A stretch of 64,000 nucleotides of DNA from Christensenellaceae bacterium (GTDB lineage: Bacteria > Bacillota > Clostridia > Christensenellales > SZUA-584), in contig CAXXTQ010000002.1 of the NCBI GenBank assembly GCA_963665005.2, forward strand, positions 12,964 to 76,963. The letters are read 5' to 3'. The notes below the pieces were generated by a model. The model did no database searches and was not told where the DNA came from. It was given only the letters and a program-made list of their open reading frames with translations. Position 1 is the first letter of the stretch, and every line of letters starts with the position of its first letter. Both the position numbers and the translations under genes were made by a program. This document shows, piece after piece, positions 55,741 through 64,000 of this stretch.

Positions 55741-56988
55741 ATGAACGCAGAGATACTATGTATCGGTACAGAGATACTTCTTGGAGACATTGTAAACACC
55801 AATGGTGCTTTTCTGGCGCAGCAGCTGGCGGCGCTTGGTATAGATATTTTTCATCAAACGGTAGTGGGCGATAATAAAGACAGGCTTAAAAAAAGCTTAG
55901 AACTTGCTCTTTGCCGAGCGGATATCGTTATAACGACAGGCGGGCTCGGCCCGACATACGACGACGTTACCAAGAAAACGATAGCCGATTATTTTGGCAT
56001 AGGGCTAAAGCTGCATGAACCTTCTGTAAAAAAGATAGAAGAATTATCGCGCAGGTTAAAAAGAAAGCTCTCGCCAAACAACCTTCTTCAGGCAGAAGTT
56101 CCCGAAGGCTCTACCGTGTTTTTTAACGATACGGGATTCGCGCCGGGCATTGCCTTAGAAAAGAATAATAAGACGGTAATAATGCTTCCCGGGCCTCCGA
56201 ACGAAATGCGGCCTATGTTTAAAAACCGGGTAATACCTTATCTTTTAAAAAACACCGATTCAATTATATTGTCGCGAACCGTTCACGTTTTTGGCCTCGG
56301 CGAATCTCTCGTTGAACAGACTCTGCACGATATTATGACTACCTCTTTTAACCCGACTGTCGCGCCGTACGCGAAACAGGGTGAAGTTCATGTAAGAGTA
56401 AGCGCAAAAGCAAAAGACGAGAAAGCCGCGCAGGCGCTTATAGCTCCTGTAATCGGCGAGATAAAAAAGCGTCTTGGCAATGCCATTTACGGAATTGATA
56501 TAGGCAGCCTGCAAAACGCTCTTGTTTTAGCGCTTAAACAAAAAAACATAAAAGCGGCGACCGCCGAAAGCTGTACGGGCGGCGCTGTATCTCGTGCAAT
56601 AACAGATATCCCCGGCTCGTCCGCTGTGTTCGAGTGCGGTATATGTACATATTCTAACGCTATGAAAGCAAAACTTCTAGGAGTTAAAGAAGAGACTCTA
56701 AAAGCGCACGGCGCTGTTTCTGCCCAAACTGCCGCACAAATGGCAAAAGGCGTGCGAGAAGTTTCGGGCGCGGATATAGGCTTTGGAATTACAGGTATCG
56801 CCGGCCCTGACGGCGGAAGCGAAGAAAAACCGGTCGGGCTCGTGTATATGGCGATAGACAGCGACGCCTTATGCGAAACAAAAAAACTTAATCTTAGCAG
56901 AGGCCATAAGAATGAGCGTGATTTTATTAGAATGTATGCAACTATGAACGCTCTGTCATTTCTCTTGTCTGCCGCTGATAAAGCATAA
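55741..56988 (+). CDS. cinA: CinA family protein (MoCF-like domain plus NMN deamidase PncC domain)
   Basis: N-terminal ILCIGTEILLG..NTN, GGLGPTYDD, and C-terminal TAESCTGG. Confidence 0.9.
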   Translation: MNAEILCIGTEILLGDIVNTNGAFLAQQLAALGIDIFHQTVVGDNKDRLKKSLELALCRADIVITTGGLGPTYDDVTKKTIADYFGIGLKLHEPSVKKIEELSRRLKRKLSPNNLLQAEVPEGSTVFFNDTGFAPGIALEKNNKTVIMLPGPPNEMRPMFKNRVIPYLLKNTDSIILSRTVHVFGLGESLVEQTLHDIMTTSFNPTVAPYAKQGEVHVRVSAKAKDEKAAQALIAPVIGEIKKRLGNAIYGIDIGSLQNALVLALKQKNIKAATAESCTGGAVSRAITDIPGSSAVFECGICTYSNAMKAKLLGVKEETLKAHGAVSAQTAAQMAKGVREVSGADIGFGITGIAGPDGGSEEKPVGLVYMAIDSDALCETKKLNLSRGHKNERDFIRMYATMNALSFLLSAADKA

Positions 56989-57061
56989 GAAAATATTTCT
57001 TCAAAAAAAGAAAAGGGATGCCTCGTTCTATAATTCGAGGTATCCCTTATTTATTAAATTA

Positions 57062-57844
57062 TTATTGCTTAGCTCCGCATTTTCCGCAGAATACTGCGCC
57101 CGGCGGAAGGTCTGCTCCGCAGCTTACGCATTTTGCACCGGCAGGTGCCGCGCTCTGTTCGGGAGCGGATGCCGCCGGCTGTACCGGAGGTGCTGCAGGC
57201 GGTGCCTGAGGTGCTGCTTGGGGTGCTTGGGGCGGTGCAGCCTGAGGTTGTACCGGAGGTGCGGCTTGAGGTGCTGCTGGCGGTACAGGCTGCTGCCCGA
57301 TAGTATTCGGCGCGCCGCAATTCGGGCAGAAAGCAGACGAAGACGGAATAAATGCTCCGCAATTCGGGCACGCAACGCCGGCGGTTGCCTGCGCTTTTGC
57401 CGCTGATGCCGCTCTAATCTGCTTAAACTTCTCGGATTTTATCATTACCAAAGCAACTATAGCTCCAAACGCGAGGAAATAGAAGAAAGGTTCAAACCAT
57501 CCTCTACCTACCCAGGCAACATAACCATATCCATATCCTCCAAAACTAATGAGAGTTATAATAAAAGCAATAAGACTGCCTAACGCAATAATGCCGCTTG
57601 TTATTATTAGAGTCATAATATCTTCTTTTATTAACGTCAACAGCAATCCGGCGTACATTAAAATAATTCCAATTGTTGATACAAAAGATGCCGCGACCAT
57701 TACAAAAGCGCCAACAAGATAGAAAAAACCTCCTGCGCCAAACACAAGCATGTTAAATGTCAAAAGAAATTTTAAAAAAGGAACACTGTTAAAATAATCT
57801 TTAGCAGCATTGGTAAAGTTTTTATACGGAGTCATAATAAACAT
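57062..57844 (-). CDS. Membrane protein with two zinc-ribbon motifs joined by a Pro/Ala-rich low-complexity linker
   Basis: About five TM helices, then CPNCGAFIPSSSAFCPNCG, then a PPAAPQAAPPVQPQAAPPQAPQAAPQAPPAAPPVQPAA tract, then CVSCGADLPPGAVFCGKCG. Confidence 0.75.
   Translation of the reverse strand: MFIMTPYKNFTNAAKDYFNSVPFLKFLLTFNMLVFGAGGFFYLVGAFVMVAASFVSTIGIILMYAGLLLTLIKEDIMTLIITSGIIALGSLIAFIITLISFGGYGYGYVAWVGRGWFEPFFYFLAFGAIVALVMIKSEKFKQIRAASAAKAQATAGVACPNCGAFIPSSSAFCPNCGAPNTIGQQPVPPAAPQAAPPVQPQAAPPQAPQAAPQAPPAAPPVQPAASAPEQSAAPAGAKCVSCGADLPPGAVFCGKCGAKQ
57177..57300. repeat. Imperfect GC-rich direct repeats encoding the Pro/Ala tract
   Basis: gtaccggaggtgc occurs at 57181 and 57250 (69-nt offset), each followed by (c/t)tgaggtgctgct. 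Confidence 0.5.
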
Positions 57845-58101
57845 CCTCCCAGATTTAATTTTTATATGTATTTATATTACATCATTAATACCTATATTCG
57901 CAAGAGATAAACAAACAATATATTTTAAAATTTCTTATAATTTCGTAATGTTTACAAAATTTGAGTATCTTTTGCAAAATAATCTGTTTAGCCATAAACT
58001 TTTTAATATTTTCAATGTTCAAATTTTTTTCACACTTTAATCATGTTTCGGCAAAAATAATACTGTAATGTGTTATTTATAATACGGAGAGGAAAAAATT
58101 A

Positions 58102-58986
58102 ATGGAGCTTTGGATAAACATAGTTTTCGCGTGGATTGCGCTGATATTATCTTTTTTTCTTATTGTCATATGGGCACTGCGATTAACCTGTAAAAAGAAA
58201 AAACCGCTGCTGCTGCATAAAATAAACCGAAAGCTTAGAAAACACCATAAGCTTATAGGTATACTGCTTATAGGCACGGCGTTCGTGCACGGGCTTTTTT
58301 CGAGCGACGACCTTCTCAGCCTGAACTGGGGAACTGCCAACTGGATAGTGAGTATACTGCTCGGTTTCTCGTGGCTGCTGCGCAAAAAGCTTAATATGAA
58401 AAAAACCTGGATGACAGTTCATCGTGTTTTGACTGTTTCTTTTGTTGCGCTTATCGCCATTCATGTATTAAACGTCGGCGGATTTATTATCGATGATATG
58501 ATAGCGGGCGATATTGCTCCGCCCCCTGTTGCAATTGCGCAGGCTGAGTCGACAGATAACAGCGAGGCGGATGAAGAAACGCCCGAGCCAAGCGTAGAGC
58601 GAACGCCCGCCCCAACTACGCAAAGCGAAGCACAGACGGCCAAGCCAAGTACTGTTGCAGAGCCGAGCACCGAAAATACGCCTGCACCTGCAACCACTTC
58701 CGAAAGCAGCACCATGTATCAGGACGGCGTTTATCAGGGCACAGGCACCGGCTATAAACCCGGCCTTGTCGTCGAAGTCACCATAGAAAACGATATCATC
58801 GTAAGCGTAACGGTAATCGACCATAACGAGAAAAACGAGATGTTCTGGGGCGTTCCCGTAACCGAAATACCTAAAGCTATAGTAGAATCGCAATCGACAG
58901 ATGTCGATGTAGTATCTGGCGCGACTATGACGTCAAGAGGTATCATAGAAGCTGTGGAAGACGCACTCGGCAAGGCTCTTTATTAA
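58102..58986 (+). CDS. Fusion of a four-helix His-containing membrane domain and an extracytoplasmic FMN-binding (FMN_bind) domain
   Basis: N-terminal TM helices carry conserved-looking His residues (HHK, FVHG, VHRV, IHV). A Pro/Thr/Glu-rich linker follows. The C-terminal domain has the flavinylation-type motif SGATMTS. Confidence 0.7.
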   Translation: MELWINIVFAWIALILSFFLIVIWALRLTCKKKKPLLLHKINRKLRKHHKLIGILLIGTAFVHGLFSSDDLLSLNWGTANWIVSILLGFSWLLRKKLNMKKTWMTVHRVLTVSFVALIAIHVLNVGGFIIDDMIAGDIAPPPVAIAQAESTDNSEADEETPEPSVERTPAPTTQSEAQTAKPSTVAEPSTENTPAPATTSESSTMYQDGVYQGTGTGYKPGLVVEVTIENDIIVSVTVIDHNEKNEMFWGVPVTEIPKAIVESQSTDVDVVSGATMTSRGIIEAVEDALGKALY

Positions 58987-59061
58987 AATATATAGCTTTT
59001 GCTGTTAAAAAAAGTTCGCGGTCATGGTATCCTCGGTATCCGATTTTAGAAAAGCAGCTTT

Positions 59062-59118
59062 CAAAAAAACAAAAGACCGTGTATATACACCAGAATAACT
59101 CCTGCAAAATACACGGTC
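59062..59118 (-). terminator. Candidate terminator downstream of glmS
   Basis: 10-bp stem gaccgtgtat/atacacggtc with a large 24-nt loop, followed by a T-rich run on the minus strand. Confidence 0.4.
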
Positions 59119-59134
59119 AAGTATTTTTGTAATT

Positions 59135-60958
59135 TTATTCCACTGTCACACTCTTAGCCAGATTTCTTGGTTTGTCTACATCACAGCCTTTTTCTACCGA
59201 CATATAATATGCGAAAAGCTGCATGGGCATAACGGCAAGTATGGGCGCGAACAGGTCATTCATTTTAGGAAGATAAATAACCTCATCCGCTATATCGTCG
59301 GGCAGCTCACAGCCCTCAAAAACAACAGCGAGCACTTCCGCGCCTCTGGCTCTTACCTCTTTTATATTGCTTATAGTCTTTTCCAGAAGCTTTTGCTGTG
59401 TCGCAATCGCCACAACAAGAGTACCCTTTTCTATAAGCGCAATCGTTCCGTGCTTTAGCTCTCCCGCGGCGTAAGCTTCCGAATGTATATACGATATTTC
59501 TTTTAACTTTAGCGAAGCCTCCATAGACAATACGTAATCGAGCCCCCTGCCTATAAAAAACACGCTGTTTTTATGAAAATGCGCTGCCGCGAATTTTTGA
59601 AGCTGCTGCTTTGTGCCCAGTATTTGTTCCATAACAGCCGGCACCTTAGCAAACTCTTTTACGAACTCATCGTATTTTTTTGCATCCAGGCTTTGGTTAA
59701 GCCTCGCAAGCTCAAGCGCAATCATATATATAGCCATCAGCTGTGTATTATACGCTTTTGTAGAAGCTACTGCTATCTCGGGGCCTGCGTGCGTATATAG
59801 CACGGCATCCGCTTCTCTTGATATTGTGCTGCCTACAACGTTTACTATCGCAGCGATTTTTGCACCGCATTTTTTTGCTTCGCGCATTGCCGCCAGAGTA
59901 TCTGCAGTTTCTCCCGACTGGCTTATAATTATAACGAGCTGTCCGGGTACAATTATAGGGCGGCGATAGCGAAACTCTGAAGCGACTTCTACGTCTACAG
60001 GTATTCTCGCCAAACTCTCGATTATATATTTTCCTACCATTCCGGCGTGGTATGCCGTTCCGCAGGCAATAATGCTTATCTTGCCTAAACCCTCTACCAT
60101 CGCTTTATCTATGCCGATCTCTGCCAAATCGATTATGCCGTCTTTGAATCTTGGAAAAAAAGTATCAGCCATGGCCTTTGGTTCTTCATGTATCTCTTTT
60201 ATCATGAAATGCTCATAGCCGCCTTTTTCTGCCATAGATACATCCCAGTCTACATGATAGCTGTCTCTCTGCGCTTTTTTTGCGTACTCATCATAGATAA
60301 CGACATTGTCTTTTGTTATTACCGCAATATCTTTATCGTTTAAAAAATATACGTCTCTTGTATACTCCAATATGGCGGGTATGTCCGAAGCGATGAAGTT
60401 ATCGTCCTTACCGATTCCGATGACTAAAGGGCTGTCTTTTCTTGCCGCGATAAGCATGTCAGGATGTTTCTCAGAGACTACGCCGAGCGCATACGACCCT
60501 TCGAGCCGTGCAATCGCACAATTTACCGCTTCGAGTAAATCTCCATCATAATAATGGTTGATAAGATGCGCCACAACTTCTGTGTCCGTCTGTGATACAA
60601 ACTCTGCGCCTTCACTGATCAACCACGTTTTTAGTTTCATGTAATTTTCTATTATACCGTTGTGCACTACGGCGATATCGCCGGCGCAGTTAGCATGAGG
60701 ATGCGAATTTTCGAAAGACGGCTCTCCGTGCGTCGCCCATCTGGTATGCCCTATACCTATAGTATCTTTAGCTTCACAGCCTTGCAGTATTTCGGCAAGG
60801 CCTGTAAGCCTTCCTTTTGTCTTTTGTATGTTTAACCTGCCGTCCTGAACGACCGCTACTCCCGCGCTGTCATACCCTCTGTATTCAAGCTTAGAAAGGC
60901 CTCCAAGCAATACGGGATAAACATCCCGCGCTCCTACGTAACCTACTATTCCGCACAT
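59135..60958 (-). CDS. glmS: Glutamine--fructose-6-phosphate aminotransferase
   Basis: MCGIVGY N-terminus, two SIS domains, C-terminal KSVTVE. Start trimmed to ATG 60958 (GGGGG upstream). Confidence 0.95.
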   Translation of the reverse strand: MCGIVGYVGARDVYPVLLGGLSKLEYRGYDSAGVAVVQDGRLNIQKTKGRLTGLAEILQGCEAKDTIGIGHTRWATHGEPSFENSHPHANCAGDIAVVHNGIIENYMKLKTWLISEGAEFVSQTDTEVVAHLINHYYDGDLLEAVNCAIARLEGSYALGVVSEKHPDMLIAARKDSPLVIGIGKDDNFIASDIPAILEYTRDVYFLNDKDIAVITKDNVVIYDEYAKKAQRDSYHVDWDVSMAEKGGYEHFMIKEIHEEPKAMADTFFPRFKDGIIDLAEIGIDKAMVEGLGKISIIACGTAYHAGMVGKYIIESLARIPVDVEVASEFRYRRPIIVPGQLVIIISQSGETADTLAAMREAKKCGAKIAAIVNVVGSTISREADAVLYTHAGPEIAVASTKAYNTQLMAIYMIALELARLNQSLDAKKYDEFVKEFAKVPAVMEQILGTKQQLQKFAAAHFHKNSVFFIGRGLDYVLSMEASLKLKEISYIHSEAYAAGELKHGTIALIEKGTLVVAIATQQKLLEKTISNIKEVRARGAEVLAVVFEGCELPDDIADEVIYLPKMNDLFAPILAVMPMQLFAYYMSVEKGCDVDKPRNLAKSVTVE

Positions 60959-61024
60959 ATAATAATTGCCCCCTTGCTTTGTGCTCCAAAAAGCTGCCGC
61001 TTTTTTTAATCCCACAAATATTAA

Positions 61025-62371
61025 TTACGCAAGGCGGCTTTCTATGAGCGCTGCCATTTCTACCGCCTGGCGCTCTATTTCTTTGATGTCCTGGCCCTCT
61101 ATCATAACTCTTACAAGCGGCTCTGTTCCCGAGGGACGTATAAGAACTCTGCCTTTACCGTGAAATTTATGTTCAAGCGCTTTTATCTGCTTTTTTATCT
61201 GTTCGTCTTCGATTATATGATATTTGTTTTCGTCTTTCACTTTTGCGTTTACGAGCACCTGCGGAAGTATTGATACCACTCCTGCAAGCTTCGAAAGCGG
61301 TTTCCCGCTTCGCCTAACTATTGAAGCAAGCTCGATTCCCGTTAATATTCCATCGCCCGTAGTATTGTTGTCAAGGAAGATTATATGCCCCGACTGTTCC
61401 CCTCCGAGCGAATATCCGCCTTTCATCATCTCTTCTAAAACGTATCTGTCGCCGACGTTTGTCTTGACTATTTTTATGCCGTTCTCTTTCATAGCGATAT
61501 CGAGCCCGAGATTGCTCATTACCGTAGCGACAAGAGTGTTCTTTTCCAGCCGACCGCGAGATTTTAAATCGAGCGCACATATAGCCATTATCTGGTCTCC
61601 GTCAACAACAACGCCGTGCTCGTCTACCGCGATAAGCCTGTCTGCGTCTCCGTCAAAAGCAAACCCCATATCAGCGCCAAGCTCGGCTACAAGCTGCGTC
61701 AGCTTTTGCGGGTATGTAGAACCGCAGTAATCGTTTATGTTTGTTCCGTCGGGAGTGTTATAATACGGAACAACTTCTGCACCAAGCTCCATGAAAGCGC
61801 GCGGCCCGACGATAGATGCCGCTCCGTGCGCGCAATCGAGTACTATTTTTAATCCGCGCAGATTGGTATCTGTGGTAGACAATAGAAATTCTTTATATTC
61901 TGCCAAAGCGTTTGCCGCAGTGACCCGCCTTCCGACGTCTATTCCCGTCTTTAATTCTATCTCTTCGTTGCCGTCGAGAATAATTCTTTCTATATGGTCT
62001 TCTATCTCGTCGGGAAGTTTTTTGCCGTCCGCGCTGAAAAATTTTATGCCGTTATATTCTACAGAGTTATGCGACGCCGATATCACAACGCCCGCGTCCG
62101 CTTCGTAATCCCTTGTTAAAAAAGCAACGCCTGATGTGGGAATAACTCCCGTAATAACCGCCTCTGCGCCGACAGAACAAATTCCCGCAACCATTGCCGC
62201 TTCAAGCATATCGCCCGAAATCCTTGTGTCTCTGCCTATAAGTATTCTTGCCTTGTGCACCTTGCTCGTCAATACATACGCACCAGCCTGCCCAAGCTTA
62301 AACGCAAGCTCGCAAGACAGCTGGTCGTTAGCTACTCCACGTACACCGTCCGTTCCAAAAAGCCTTCCCAT
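61025..62371 (-). CDS. glmM: Phosphoglucosamine mutase
   Basis: GTDGVRG N-terminus, active-site SASHN, 448 aa. Confidence 0.95.
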   Translation of the reverse strand: MGRLFGTDGVRGVANDQLSCELAFKLGQAGAYVLTSKVHKARILIGRDTRISGDMLEAAMVAGICSVGAEAVITGVIPTSGVAFLTRDYEADAGVVISASHNSVEYNGIKFFSADGKKLPDEIEDHIERIILDGNEEIELKTGIDVGRRVTAANALAEYKEFLLSTTDTNLRGLKIVLDCAHGAASIVGPRAFMELGAEVVPYYNTPDGTNINDYCGSTYPQKLTQLVAELGADMGFAFDGDADRLIAVDEHGVVVDGDQIMAICALDLKSRGRLEKNTLVATVMSNLGLDIAMKENGIKIVKTNVGDRYVLEEMMKGGYSLGGEQSGHIIFLDNNTTGDGILTGIELASIVRRSGKPLSKLAGVVSILPQVLVNAKVKDENKYHIIEDEQIKKQIKALEHKFHGKGRVLIRPSGTEPLVRVMIEGQDIKEIERQAVEMAALIESRLA

Positions 62372-62411
62372 ATTTCCTCCGTTTCCCGGACCTTTGTATT
62401 ATATTCCGGGT

Positions 62412-62435
62412 TATACCAATATGCAAATTGGTATA
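62412..62435. promoter_or_regulatory. Perfect 9-6-9 palindrome between trxB and glmM
   Basis: TATACCAAT-atgcaa-ATTGGTATA, starting 4 nt after the trxB stop. A second hairpin, cccgga-N14-tccggg, lies immediately before the glmM RBS. Confidence 0.3.
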
Positions 62436-62438
62436 GTC

Positions 62439-63353
62439 CTATTCGTTTTCTCTGATATAAGACTGTGCTGAATATACAGCCGTCGCGCCGTCCGCAGCCG
62501 CTGTAACTACCTGTCTTACAGGCTTTACAATTATATCGCCAGCTGCAAATACACCCGGCAGGCTCGTCCTCATGCCCGTATCGGTAATGATATATCCCGA
62601 AGAATCTGTCTTAATAAGGTCTTTGACATCGTCCGAATGCGGCACCGTCCCTATGGCTACGAATACTCCCGAAACGTTTATGGTGCGCATCTGCTCTGTC
62701 TTTTTATTTCTTACCCGTATGGCTTCAACTGCCGTTTCTCCGGCTATGCTGTCAACTATGCTGTCCCATACAAACTCAATTTTTTTGTTAGCCATAGCCG
62801 CTTTCTGCAGCGCTTTTTGAGCCCTTAGCTCGTCTCTTCTGTGCACTACATAAATTCGGCTTGCAAATGCCGCAAGATAAAGAGCGTCCTCTAATGCCGT
62901 ATCTCCGCCGCCTATGACTGCCACATCTTTTTCTCTGAAAAAAGCTCCGTCGCACGTTGCGCAATACGAAACGCCCGAGCCTATAAATTTCTTTTCAGAA
63001 TATAACCCGAGGCTTCTGTAATCTGCGCCCATCGCAAGTATAACTGTTTTTCCTTTATATGTCTTATCTGACGATACAACCTTTTTTTCGTCGCCTTCAA
63101 GATCGTATCCGGTTATTTCTGCCGTCTCAATTATCGCGCCGTGCGCCTCTGCCTGTTCTTTGAATTTAATCGAAAGGTCTACGCCCGAAACTCCTTCGGG
63201 AAACCCGGGATAGTTTTCTACGATATGCGCTCTGGCTATCTGCCCGCCGGCAAATACTCTTTCTAGCACAAGCACAGACATGCCCGCCCTTGCGGCATAC
63301 AGCCCCGCGGTAAGCCCTGCAGGGCCTGCCCCTACTATTATTACGTCGTACAT
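62439..63353 (-). CDS. trxB: Thioredoxin-disulfide reductase
   Basis: GAGPAG FAD motif, redox-active CATCDG, GGGDTA NADPH motif. Confidence 0.95.
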   Translation of the reverse strand: MYDVIIVGAGPAGLTAGLYAARAGMSVLVLERVFAGGQIARAHIVENYPGFPEGVSGVDLSIKFKEQAEAHGAIIETAEITGYDLEGDEKKVVSSDKTYKGKTVILAMGADYRSLGLYSEKKFIGSGVSYCATCDGAFFREKDVAVIGGGDTALEDALYLAAFASRIYVVHRRDELRAQKALQKAAMANKKIEFVWDSIVDSIAGETAVEAIRVRNKKTEQMRTINVSGVFVAIGTVPHSDDVKDLIKTDSSGYIITDTGMRTSLPGVFAAGDIIVKPVRQVVTAAADGATAVYSAQSYIRENE

Positions 63354-63512
63354 TATTTACTCCTTATGTGTGTTATTTTTCCGCACTTATAATACCCTAT
63401 TTGCCCTGAAAAAACAAACGGGCGTTTTTGCTTAATGCCATATTATCACAAATTTGCTTTTGCAGGCTTTAACATAATGTAAACTTCATTATCAACCATT
63501 AAAACCTTATAC

Positions 63513-64000
63513 CTACATACCTTGCTTTAAAACTTCTATCGCTTTTTCAAGCTGTGTATCATGCCACTCTTCATTTTCCTGAGAATCTTTGATTTGCGGC
63601 AGTTCAACATAATAATCGGGATAAATGCCGTTGCCGTTAATGCTTCTGCCGTTAGGCGTGAAATATTCGGAAGTCGTTATCTTTAAGCCGCCGCCCGCAG
63701 GCATAGGAATAACCACCTGTACAACGCCTTTACCGTATGTCGTCGTACCCACTACCTCACCGTACTCAAAATCCTGAACAGCCCCGGCAAAAATCTCGGA
63801 TGCCGATGCCGTGTTGCCGTTTACAATAAGCGTTACCGGCATATCAATATGCGCCTCGTCGCTGCTTTTAACCTCACGGTTTCCATCTTTGTCTTCGGTA
63901 TAAACGAGAGTGCCCTCGGGCAGCAGCATATCGAGCACATCAACGACCGTAGTCAAAAAGCCGCCCGGATTATCCCTTAGATCTATAATAACACCGTTTG
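63513..64000 (-). CDS. S41-family C-terminal processing peptidase (C-terminal part; 5-prime end outside the window)
   Basis: The frame stays open to the window edge. Motifs NGNTASASEIFAGA and TTYGKGVVQ, with IIDLRDNPGG upstream of the ORF-track Met. Confidence 0.8.
   Translation of the reverse strand, partial: NGVIIDLRDNPGGFLTTVVDVLDMLLPEGTLVYTEDKDGNREVKSSDEAHIDMPVTLIVNGNTASASEIFAGAVQDFEYGEVVGTTTYGKGVVQVVIPMPAGGGLKITTSEYFTPNGRSINGNGIYPDYYVELPQIKDSQENEEWHDTQLEKAIEVLKQGM

Noticed and set aside
57065-57406. Arg/Cys-rich ORFs (113, 100 and 83 aa) overlapping the Pro/Ala-rich tract on both strands.
   Set aside because: They are alternative-frame readings of GC-rich repeat DNA. The minus-strand Zn-ribbon membrane protein explains the region.
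1-64000. Scanned for CRISPR arrays, toxin-antitoxin pairs, prophage structural genes and rRNA.
   Set aside because: I saw no regularly spaced short direct repeats, no small bicistronic TA-like pairs and no phage or rRNA-like sequence. The only repeat families found are the tRNA-Gln 23-mer, the IS termini and the Pro/Ala-tract repeats.

Overview
This is a 64-kb chromosomal window from a low-GC Gram-positive anaerobe. It looks Clostridia-like: GGAGG ribosome-binding sites, NfnAB, LL-DAP aminotransferase, a Bce-type peptide-resistance module and a LysM coat-like protein. Most of it is ordinary housekeeping: trxA, typA, sbcCD, dapL, an aroE-like gene, nadABC, cobT, nfnAB, dgkA, cinA, glmS, glmM and trxB. 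Four things stand out.

(1) A three-gene module occurs twice, at 967-6017 and 36112-40182. It consists of an AraC-type response regulator, a LytS/YesM-type histidine kinase, and a full-length 469-aa RbsA-like tandem ABC ATPase whose ATP-binding and catalytic motifs are degenerate. Each copy sits in strongly AT-rich DNA next to a CUT2 sugar ABC transporter operon. I could not place this association in any characterised system, and it is the best candidate here for an undescribed signalling system.

(2) A 15.2-kb island (26965-42136) is bounded by three direct copies of the last 23 nt of tRNA-Gln. It carries a polyol or rare-sugar catabolic operon, module 2, an internally deleted IS with intact ends and a target-site duplication, and no integrase.

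(3) A 175-nt GC-rich structured RNA, most consistent with 6S RNA, lies between tRNA-Val and tRNA-Gln in one operon.

(4) There are several smaller oddities: an orphan binding-protein cluster, an FMN-binding membrane fusion, a Zn-ribbon protein with a Pro/Ala-rich repeat, and glmS without room for a ribozyme leader.

All calls come from reading the sequence and the supplied ORF track; no searches were run. Several start codons were moved from the ORF-track maximum to the first start codon with a plausible RBS.
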